Assembly: GCA_964533375.1 (NCBI GenBank)
Contig: CAZHLW010000003.1
Location: 17,823-81,822 of the forward strand
Length of the DNA stretch: 64,000 bases
DNA from: an uncultured Candidatus Peribacteria bacterium
Lineage (GTDB): Bacteria; Patescibacteriota; Gracilibacteria; Peribacterales; Peribacteraceae
Direction: 5' to 3'
Shown piece after piece: positions 35,085 through 42,788 of this stretch (positions are counted from its first letter, which is position 1; the number at the start of each line of letters is the position of its first letter). The position numbers and the translations under genes are program-made. The notes below the pieces were generated by a model, which worked only from the letters and a program-made list of their open reading frames with translations, was not told the origin of the DNA and did not search any database.

Positions 35085-35772
35085 CGGGAGCCGCCATTCT
35101 GCCGTGGTTCATGTGCACAATACGGTCGGTAAATCTGCCAAGCTCATCAAAATCATGACTGACGAGTACCGCTGTTTTTCCCTGTGCTCTGAGCGCACGC
35201 AAATGCTCTTTGCACTTTTCCTGGAAATCCGCATCGCCGACAGCAAGAATTTCATCGAACAGATACAGATCACGATCGACTTGTGCCGCAGCCGCAAACG
35301 CCAGGCGCAGACGCATACCGGTGCTGTAGCATTTGAGCGGTAAGTCGAGCGCGGATTCTATACCTGCAAAGTTGATGATACGATCGGTCATCGCACGGAT
35401 CTCCTTTCGTGAATAGCCCTGCAGCAAGCCATGAAGATAGATATTTTCTTCCGCTCTGCGTTCCGGATGAAACCCGATCCCCAGTTCAAAAAAACAGGAG
35501 AGTGATCCGTGAAGGCTGACAGTTCCGGTATCCGGACGGAGGAGTCCTCCCAGAATGCGCAGCATCGTGGTTTTTCCGGACCCGTTGGGACCGTACATTC
35601 CCACCCACTCGCCGCGCCGGACGGACAGTGATGACGGAAAAAGCGCATTCACTGTGGTTGTTTTGCGCTGCAGACGCCACTTGAGCAACCGGTCCTGCAG
35701 AAGCACAGACGAAATCATCGACCGTTCATAGGTTTTGGAAACGCCGTCGGCTGCAAGCACAATATCGTTCAT
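35065..35772 (-). CDS. ABC transporter ATP-binding protein (Wzt/TagH-type polysaccharide exporter)
   Basis: 235 aa. Walker A GPNGSGKTT, signature YSTGMRLRL, Walker B LYLFDE. No C-terminal glycan-binding extension. Confidence 0.85.
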   Translation of the reverse strand: MNDIVLAADGVSKTYERSMISSVLLQDRLLKWRLQRKTTTVNALFPSSLSVRRGEWVGMYGPNGSGKTTMLRILGGLLRPDTGTVSLHGSLSCFFELGIGFHPERRAEENIYLHGLLQGYSRKEIRAMTDRIINFAGIESALDLPLKCYSTGMRLRLAFAAAAQVDRDLYLFDEILAVGDADFQEKCKEHLRALRAQGKTAVLVSHDFDELGRFTDRIVHMNHGRMAAPATALPV

Positions 35773-36614
35773 CAGTATTCTTCAATGAAATGAGGACTCC
35801 TGCGCAGGTAAATCCAGACGCCAAAGCCAAAAATTAACAGACAGACTGCGGTAAATCCTGCCGCATGGACAATGCTTGGCATGCCCTGTGTCGCCGGATA
35901 CAGAAACACCCGGTGCGCATCGTGCATCAGAATCGACATCGGCTGGAAATGGACAACCGCATCGAATGCATCACGCACGGATGAAATACCCGGATCGCCC
36001 AGACGTGATAGAAAAGCCTGACCGATGGGCTGATGCACATTGTACGCATAGGTAATGGGTGTCAGCCAGAAGAGAATCTGCGTGGCAATCCCCCACAGAT
36101 GATGAATATCGCGGTAGCGCAGACAGTACGCACACAGAATCATACCGACGCCCAGGGAGAGCAGTGTCATCTGCAACAGGAGCAAGGGAATGTACCATTG
36201 CGCCCAGCTCCAGCTGAACCCGGTAAAAAACTGGAAGAGGAAAAAAATCAAAAGATGTGTCAGAAAAATAATCAGATTCGTCCATCCGACCATAAACACA
36301 AGCAGCAGACGTGGAAAAACCATCTGCTGGATAATGGCGGCCTTCTCTTCCAGCATCGACATACAGGCGTTCGTGGTGACTACGAAATGCTCCCAGACGA
36401 TTATTCCCAGAAACAAATAGAACGGATACTCCGGAATGGAATGCTGGAGATACGGACCGATGGCGTAGAGAATAACCAGGAATTTCGCGACCGGACCGAT
36501 GAGCGACCAGAAATACCCGAGTACGGACCCGCGGTACTTCAACACAAAATCCGACCAGCCGACCGCGGCAATGACGGCAAGTGAATGACGGAATGTGAAA
36601 CGTTGTCCGGACAT
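35772..36614 (-). CDS. ABC-2 type transporter permease (Wzm/TagG-type)
   Basis: 280 aa with six hydrophobic segments (KYRGSVLGYFWSLIGP). 1-nt TGATG overlap with the ATPase gene. Confidence 0.8.
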   Translation of the reverse strand: MSGQRFTFRHSLAVIAAVGWSDFVLKYRGSVLGYFWSLIGPVAKFLVILYAIGPYLQHSIPEYPFYLFLGIIVWEHFVVTTNACMSMLEEKAAIIQQMVFPRLLLVFMVGWTNLIIFLTHLLIFFLFQFFTGFSWSWAQWYIPLLLLQMTLLSLGVGMILCAYCLRYRDIHHLWGIATQILFWLTPITYAYNVHQPIGQAFLSRLGDPGISSVRDAFDAVVHFQPMSILMHDAHRVFLYPATQGMPSIVHAAGFTAVCLLIFGFGVWIYLRRSPHFIEEY

Positions 36615-36640
36615 GACTGTATGCTAGCATACCCGCCGAC

Positions 36641-38218
36641 ATGATTGCTTCTTTCCGAGCTTCTTCACCGATGGCCATTGCAGTATTGGGTTCTTTTCTG
36701 ATGGGGATCGCGGCAACCGGTCTGCTCTTTGCAGCGTATCCGTACGGACTCATTGCCCCGGATACGTTTGATTATCTAAAGATGGGACAAAGTCTGTTCC
36801 AGGGAACAGTACCCATGATGGAACAGGCCAGAGGCCCGCTGCTGCCGCTGGCGCTGGCGCTGGCAACGCACACATCGAACCCCGGTGCGGTTATACTGTG
36901 GATGAACGGCATCCTTTTTGCTTTCTGTCTGGCAAGCATCGCATGGATGTGCACGTTCCTGTTCCGGAGAGCGCGCTCTGTGTGGCTGTTCACCGGTCTG
37001 CTGCTGCTCGTAGAAATCCTCATCAATCAGCCATTCATCTATATCTCCTTTGCACTGAACGATGCGCCGGCGGCATTCCTGCTGTGCGCAGGAACCATCC
37101 TGGCAGTCACAGGATGGTACAAACATCTGTCTGCCGCACTGCTGCTTGGTTTTCTTTGTCTGGGTCTGTCGGAAGCCTTCCGTCCCATGATGCTTGTTCC
37201 TTTTTTCTGGGGACTTGCGTGGGTATGGATGTGGCTGCAGCGCAAGCACGCACAGCTCCTCCTGGCAGGCTGTCTGATTGCCCTGTTGCTCCCGATGGGG
37301 ATATGGCATGTCCGCAATGCGGTTATCTACGGAAAAGTGCGATCGAATCCTTTTATTGCCTTTCATCTGATGACCCATGCCGTTGAACTCTGGTCAGAGG
37401 ATGACCGGATTTTTGATGATCCTGTCATAAACACCGCATTCCATACCGCCCTGCGGACAAAAACCCTGCCGGAAGAATACAAGGGTCCTGATTTCTTTTA
37501 TGTCACCATGGAACCATATCGCACCGTGTTTCTGTTTATGAGTTCACAAATGCCGCTTGTGCAAACCCATGGCTGGCAACCTGATGTCATCAGCCTGAAT
37601 ACCTACAGAGAAGAGTTCGCTGCACTGATCATGCGTATTGATCTCCAGACATTCCGCAGGCATCCCGTGAAATATATGTCGGCTGCCTGGCGAAAATACC
37701 AGGAACTCTATAATAATTTTCTGCCCCGCAATTATTTCCAGAGTTTCATGGCAAAGGATAGCAAAACCACCTATGCACGGCAGTCTGCTGCTGATGAAAT
37801 ACCCGTATCCCTCAGAAAAAAATTCCTTCCTGCTGCAGAATGGCAATCATCCGCGCTATCGGATACGGCAGCTTCTTTTCTCTTTGCCCTGTCTCTTCCA
37901 CTGCATATCCGACCGTTTCTTTTCACAGCGGCATCGGGATATTTCCTTGCAGTCCACCTATGTACCGTAGCGGCTCTGGCACTCTTTGTTTCAAAACGAT
38001 TACGGCAGGCTCTGGAACTGGATACCGATACTCACCGTTTTGCCTGGATACTGATGACGGTGTTTTTCCTCACAGCTTTCCTGCATTTTGCTGCCACTGC
38101 ATTTCTGACAGTTCTACAGGATGTCCGCTACAGCAGCCCGGGCGTGATCCCCTGCCAGCTGATACTCTTCCTTGCTGCCAGTCTGCTTTTGCAGCATCTG
38201 TCTTTCCGCAAGAAATAA
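36641..38218 (+). CDS. Polytopic membrane protein, GT-C-fold (ArnT/PMT-like) glycosyltransferase candidate, paralog 1
   Basis: 525 aa with more than 10 hydrophobic segments. The first loop carries an Asp motif (YPYGLIAPDTFDYLKMG). A large soluble loop follows, and C-terminal helices complete the protein. Confidence 0.45.
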   Translation: MIASFRASSPMAIAVLGSFLMGIAATGLLFAAYPYGLIAPDTFDYLKMGQSLFQGTVPMMEQARGPLLPLALALATHTSNPGAVILWMNGILFAFCLASIAWMCTFLFRRARSVWLFTGLLLLVEILINQPFIYISFALNDAPAAFLLCAGTILAVTGWYKHLSAALLLGFLCLGLSEAFRPMMLVPFFWGLAWVWMWLQRKHAQLLLAGCLIALLLPMGIWHVRNAVIYGKVRSNPFIAFHLMTHAVELWSEDDRIFDDPVINTAFHTALRTKTLPEEYKGPDFFYVTMEPYRTVFLFMSSQMPLVQTHGWQPDVISLNTYREEFAALIMRIDLQTFRRHPVKYMSAAWRKYQELYNNFLPRNYFQSFMAKDSKTTYARQSAADEIPVSLRKKFLPAAEWQSSALSDTAASFLFALSLPLHIRPFLFTAASGYFLAVHLCTVAALALFVSKRLRQALELDTDTHRFAWILMTVFFLTAFLHFAATAFLTVLQDVRYSSPGVIPCQLILFLAASLLLQHLSFRKK

Positions 38219-38251
38219 TATCGTTATGAAAAAACTGGTATCCTGCGCGCC

Positions 38252-39853
38252 ATGACATCCGTACGTTTACAACTGACACCTGTTGTTCTCGCCGTGGCGG
38301 CGTCTTTCGCGCTTGGCATACTGGCAACACTCTTGTTGTGGATTGCCTATCCGTACGGACTCATCACTCCGGACAGTTACGATTATCTGCGGGCGGGAGA
38401 GACCATGCTGCACCCCACTGCCGCCCTCTACGACAAATCACGGGGACCGCTCCTCCCGCTATTGCTGGCTCTTCTGACCCATACCCCGTTTCCCGGTGCG
38501 CTTTTGTTGTGGATAAACGGCATTCTTTTTTCCCTGGCAATAGCGGCGGCGGCATGGACGGGCACTCTGGTGTTTAAGAAAGCGGAGGCAGGCTTTCTGT
38601 TGGCATTTATTCTGCTTGCTACCGAACTTCTTTTGAACCAGCCGTTTTTTTATGCCGCCTTTGCTCTGACAGACGGACCTGCTGCCTATCTGCTCTTTGC
38701 GGGAACACTTCTTGCAACGGGAGGATGGTGGCAGAAATCGAAGGCAGCGCTGATTGGAGGATTTCTATGCCTGGGACTATCGGAAGCATTCCGACCGATG
38801 CTTTTGATTGCAGCCCTGTGGGGATGTGCCGGTATAGGAATGTGGCTGTATTGCAATAAACGCGGAGTGCAAAAAAGTATTCTAGCCCTCTGTCTGGCAG
38901 TCCTACTGCTTCCTATTGGGATATGGAACATCCGCAATGCCATTGTCTACAAAAACACGGAGCCTTCGCTGATGGGAGCACACTTACTGTCGCATGCAGC
39001 AACTCTTTGGACAGACGATGAAAAAGTGATCGACGATCCTGTTGCAAACAGCATTCTGCTGGCAAAAAGATGGAGTACCGATTTGCCGCCGCCGTACGAC
39101 GGACCGCGTGTGTTTGGATTATTGCCCCATCCGTCTGACTCCGCCGTCAGATTTTTTGCCTCACAAACACCGACGTACAAAGCCGAAGGATGGCAACCTG
39201 CGCGTATTCCGGCAGAAATATATAGGCAAGAAACACTCATCCTGCTGCTCCCCGTCTCAATCCATACAATCATACGACACCCTTTTGGATATGCACGTCA
39301 GGTTTTGATCGGGTATGCAGAACTCTATGACCGCCATAAAAATGAGGATTATCTGCAGAGCTTCCTGACAGCAAAAGCGAAAGAGACCTACGACCGTCTG
39401 TGGCAAATACAGATTATTCCCGAAAGTCTCAAAGAGACATTCCTGAAACGGGAACGATCCGATCCGCTGAGGACGGCAGCGTTTGCGAGCAGCATCCTGT
39501 GGTCTCTTGCTCTGCCCATCCAATGGCCGGAGGTGATGCGACAGCTCTTTCTTCCCTTTATTCTGCTTGTTCACGCCTGCGGATTACTTGGATGCATGTT
39601 GGCCTTCTCTCCGGTAATGAGGAAGCATCTTGGTGTGCAGGAACGGACTGGAAAAATATTCGCCGTCCTAATGGCAACGTTGTTTTTCACCACAGCGATC
39701 CCCGCGCTCTTCGTCGCATCCATTACACGTATGCTGGAAACACGGTACGCCGCTCCGGGGATGATGCCGTCTCATTTTCTCCTGCTCCTTGCAGCGGGAA
39801 TGCTGCTGTCAAAAATCACGGACAACTGGAAGAACCGGAGTAGTACAAAATAA
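38252..39853 (+). CDS. Polytopic membrane protein, GT-C-fold glycosyltransferase candidate, paralog 2
   Basis: 533 aa, colinear with 36641-38218 (YPYGLITPDSYDYLRAG, RGPLLPLLLAL, LNQPFFYAAFALTDGPAAYLL, GFLCLGLSEAFRPM). Confidence 0.45.
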   Translation: MTSVRLQLTPVVLAVAASFALGILATLLLWIAYPYGLITPDSYDYLRAGETMLHPTAALYDKSRGPLLPLLLALLTHTPFPGALLLWINGILFSLAIAAAAWTGTLVFKKAEAGFLLAFILLATELLLNQPFFYAAFALTDGPAAYLLFAGTLLATGGWWQKSKAALIGGFLCLGLSEAFRPMLLIAALWGCAGIGMWLYCNKRGVQKSILALCLAVLLLPIGIWNIRNAIVYKNTEPSLMGAHLLSHAATLWTDDEKVIDDPVANSILLAKRWSTDLPPPYDGPRVFGLLPHPSDSAVRFFASQTPTYKAEGWQPARIPAEIYRQETLILLLPVSIHTIIRHPFGYARQVLIGYAELYDRHKNEDYLQSFLTAKAKETYDRLWQIQIIPESLKETFLKRERSDPLRTAAFASSILWSLALPIQWPEVMRQLFLPFILLVHACGLLGCMLAFSPVMRKHLGVQERTGKIFAVLMATLFFTTAIPALFVASITRMLETRYAAPGMMPSHFLLLLAAGMLLSKITDNWKNRSSTK

Positions 39854-39860
39854 TAGTGTT

Positions 39861-42773
39861 TTAGACAACCCGGCGGCGGCGCATCCACGCATATCCCGCA
39901 GCCGCACCCGCAGCCATGATGGCTAATGTTGCCGGGCCCGACGCCGTGTTCTCGGGCGGCAGTCCGGTTGTCGGATCGATGACTGTTCCCGTGCCGGATG
40001 TAGCAGACGGCGTTCCGGTTGTCTGTCCCGGCTGGAACGGCAGTTCGATGACGGTGCCGGGAAGGACAGATGGAGATGCGTGCGCAAAGCGGCAAAGTGC
40101 CGTACAGGTCGAACCGGGCTGGCCGTTTTGGGAACCTTCATCACAGAGTTCGAGCGGTGTGTCGACCACGCCGTCACCGCAGCGTCCGAGCGAACAATCG
40201 GGGCGGCACTCCACATTCGGCTGCCAGAGATTTTTAGAACCGTTGTCGCACTCTTCACCGGCATCAATCCGTCCGTTTCCGCAGGCATTGAAGACGACAA
40301 TCGTCGCAGATGATGTTGATGATTCAGTATCTTCACCCGTACCAGACGACACTGACGACATAACTACAGAGAAGGGTACGGATGACCTGCCGGTCACCGG
40401 AACACTGGAAGACTGCCCGATACAACGGAGACACGGCGTCACAGTGTCTGTCACACACACGGCATTCTGCGTTGCGCAGAAATCACTGCCGCCATCTGCA
40501 CATTCGTTCCCTGTGCACATGCCGGTCAGGAACGGCTGGGAGCTGCGTGACGACCGGCTGCTGTTATTCAGCAGATATTTACAGGAGGGGGAGCAGGCAA
40601 AGCGGTTACCCTGATCTTTGAACTGCGGCTCACATTCTTCCCCGCGTTCCGGCTGCAATACGCCATCGCCGCAGAATCCTCCGTTTTGTGTGCAGGTACG
40701 GGAGCAGAGACTGTTTGGCATTCCATTTCTGTTGCCGTTATCACATTCTTCCGATCCTTCGCGCCGTCCGTTGCCGCAGACCGGAACAAATCCGGTGGAT
40801 GAAGACAGCGATACCTCGCTCTCTGCACTGCTGCGCGAGGATGAGCGGCTCGATACGACGCTGGAACTGGACCGGCTGCTACTGGAAGAACTCCTGGAGG
40901 ACGACACAGAGGATACGCGTGAGGAAGAAACGGACGAACGCCTGCTACTACTGACCGACGAAATCCTGGAAGAAGAAACGGAGGAGCGGGAGGAGGATCT
41001 GCCTGAAGAGACGGACGATGCGCGGGAGGAAGAGACCGAAGAGGACCGTAGAGATGAAGATCTATTCGATGATTGTGACGATGCAGAAGACGAGCGGGAG
41101 GAAGTGGAGGAAGACCTGGATGATGACACAGACGATGATAATGATGATTGCGATGAAGACACTGAGGACCTGCTGGAGGACACTGAAGAATGACTGCTTT
41201 GCGAAGAAGACCGCGATGAAGAGACGGAAGAGGCAGATGAGCGAGAGGAAGTGCTGCTCAGGCTGTGTGACGAACCGGATGACACGCTGGAAGAAGACCG
41301 GCTGGAGGATAATGACGATGAGCGTGATGAAGAGACGGAGGATGATCGTGAAGAAGAATGCGAAGAAGTGCTGCTTGCGGAGGAACGGGAGCTGGAACCG
41401 GTCGGACACAGATGTTGTTCCAGCAGTTCTTCAAACGTACAGGGCGTACAGGAGCTGCCATCCGGGAATTCGCTGATCGTGAGGAAATCCTTGCAGGACT
41501 GCGTGCACATCATGTCCTGCGGATCGGTACAGGAAATACAGATATCACGCCGGACACAATCGAGACAGGTATGACCCGCTGTCACACAGGAATCTTCAGG
41601 AGTACTGGCGTTTGACTGGGAATTGCCGGAAGACGCAGCACTGCTTCTGCTGCTGCTTACGCGTGATGACGACCGTGCGGATGATGCGCTGCTTGGCCTG
41701 GATCCGTTGCTGCCGGTACTACCGGTACTGCCTGTTGATCCTGTGCTTCCTGTTGTTCCGGTATCTCCGCCATCCCCTCCCGGATCCCCGCCGGGACCGC
41801 CAGGTCCGCCCGGACCGGAATCAATACCACTCGGTCCTCCGGCTGGAGTGCCGGCTGTTGCATTCCCTGCGGTTGCGTTGGTAGAAAGGGTCCCCGAAGG
41901 GATACCGGCAACGACGCCGGAAGGGGTACCCGCAGGAATACCGGTACCACCACCGCCGCCGGATCTACAAATCGAGTCCGCTTCACCCATACTTTCACTG
42001 CAAGCATAACTCCCCTCATAGTAGCCACGGGGTGAGCATCCCGCTGTTTCCGGATCACATGCGCACTTGGGATCGGTGTTGCCGGGTTCGCATGTCGCAC
42101 AGTTCTGGAAAAGACCGGTACCACATTGCGTGGGAAAGCCATCATCACTGGGATTTCCTTCACAGAAGACACATGCAAGTTTGCCGCACGTTTCCCCGGG
42201 ACTCCGGTACGAAAAATCATGACGGGAATTTGCGCTGTTTGCACAGGTCGGACAGACATCTTCACAACATTGCACGCCGGCCGGACGTGAACATTCACAG
42301 AAAAATCCTCCCGTATCGGCATCGGTACAGGTAAGGCCGGCTTTACACGTTGTCCCCATGGGCATTCCTGAATTGTTCGGACCTCTGAAACAACAGGTGA
42401 AATTACATTTATCGCCTAATTTACCCGGTTGTATGATGCCGGCTTCATCTACCACACACGTAGGGGTATCGGGATCGCAGAAGTTTGTGACAATACACGC
42501 ACCCGCCTGGCAGGTTCCAGCCTGCCCGTTCACATTACATTGTGCATTATTGTTTCTCCGGCATATGCCCGCACCACAGGGATTCGTCGGACCCATATAG
42601 GTATACTCGGGTGGACAGTTGCACTGGTTGTCTATGGGCGATGTCGTACAAACCGTCGTGGGATTTGCCGTAATAATGGCCGTTACCGGCGTCTCTTTCT
42701 GCTGCAACCGCACCGTCACAAAAACCGTGAGTGCAACAAGCGGCAGGAGAATGAAAAGAAAGCGACGATCCAC
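39861..42773 (-). CDS. Giant Cys-rich/Ser-rich modular surface protein, paralog A
   Basis: 970 aa. In order: N-terminal hydrophobic segment, Cys-dense head, Gly/Pro/Thr and Ser-rich spacers, two pairs of CGNG..E..EECDNG / CGDG...E.C repeats, and the C-terminal PPENTASGPATLAIMAAGAAAGYAWMRRRRVV. Confidence 0.8.
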   Translation of the reverse strand: MDRRFLFILLPLVALTVFVTVRLQQKETPVTAIITANPTTVCTTSPIDNQCNCPPEYTYMGPTNPCGAGICRRNNNAQCNVNGQAGTCQAGACIVTNFCDPDTPTCVVDEAGIIQPGKLGDKCNFTCCFRGPNNSGMPMGTTCKAGLTCTDADTGGFFCECSRPAGVQCCEDVCPTCANSANSRHDFSYRSPGETCGKLACVFCEGNPSDDGFPTQCGTGLFQNCATCEPGNTDPKCACDPETAGCSPRGYYEGSYACSESMGEADSICRSGGGGGTGIPAGTPSGVVAGIPSGTLSTNATAGNATAGTPAGGPSGIDSGPGGPGGPGGDPGGDGGDTGTTGSTGSTGSTGSTGSNGSRPSSASSARSSSRVSSSRSSAASSGNSQSNASTPEDSCVTAGHTCLDCVRRDICISCTDPQDMMCTQSCKDFLTISEFPDGSSCTPCTFEELLEQHLCPTGSSSRSSASSTSSHSSSRSSSVSSSRSSSLSSSRSSSSVSSGSSHSLSSTSSRSSASSVSSSRSSSQSSHSSVSSSRSSVSSSQSSLSSSVSSSRSSSTSSRSSSASSQSSNRSSSLRSSSVSSSRASSVSSGRSSSRSSVSSSRISSVSSSRRSSVSSSRVSSVSSSRSSSSSSRSSSSVVSSRSSSRSSAESEVSLSSSTGFVPVCGNGRREGSEECDNGNRNGMPNSLCSRTCTQNGGFCGDGVLQPERGEECEPQFKDQGNRFACSPSCKYLLNNSSRSSRSSQPFLTGMCTGNECADGGSDFCATQNAVCVTDTVTPCLRCIGQSSSVPVTGRSSVPFSVVMSSVSSGTGEDTESSTSSATIVVFNACGNGRIDAGEECDNGSKNLWQPNVECRPDCSLGRCGDGVVDTPLELCDEGSQNGQPGSTCTALCRFAHASPSVLPGTVIELPFQPGQTTGTPSATSGTGTVIDPTTGLPPENTASGPATLAIMAAGAAAGYAWMRRRRVV
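40794..41399 (-). repeat. Ser-rich low-complexity coding tract of paralog A (residues 459-660)
   Basis: About 200 aa of irregular (S3-5-[RVLQT])n. It is mirrored on the plus strand by spurious Asp/Glu-rich ORFs. Confidence 0.85.
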
Positions 42774-42788
42774 GGCAGGAAGTGTAGC

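Noticed and set aside
35971-36753. 260-aa minus-strand ORF overlapping the ABC-2 permease in another frame
   Set aside because: The permease frame gives six clean hydrophobic helices and is coupled to the ATPase gene. The alternative frame is Arg/Ser/Pro-rich with no motif.
40618-41193. Long plus-strand ORFs rich in Asp/Glu/Leu (for example 40618-41193, 44297-44731, 47752-47997, 51029-51454) opposite the giant genes
   Set aside because: They are the antisense or shifted-frame mirror of Ser-codon-rich tracts (AGC/TCN read backwards gives GCT/NGA). They are low-complexity only and lie fully inside much longer, coherent minus-strand ORFs.
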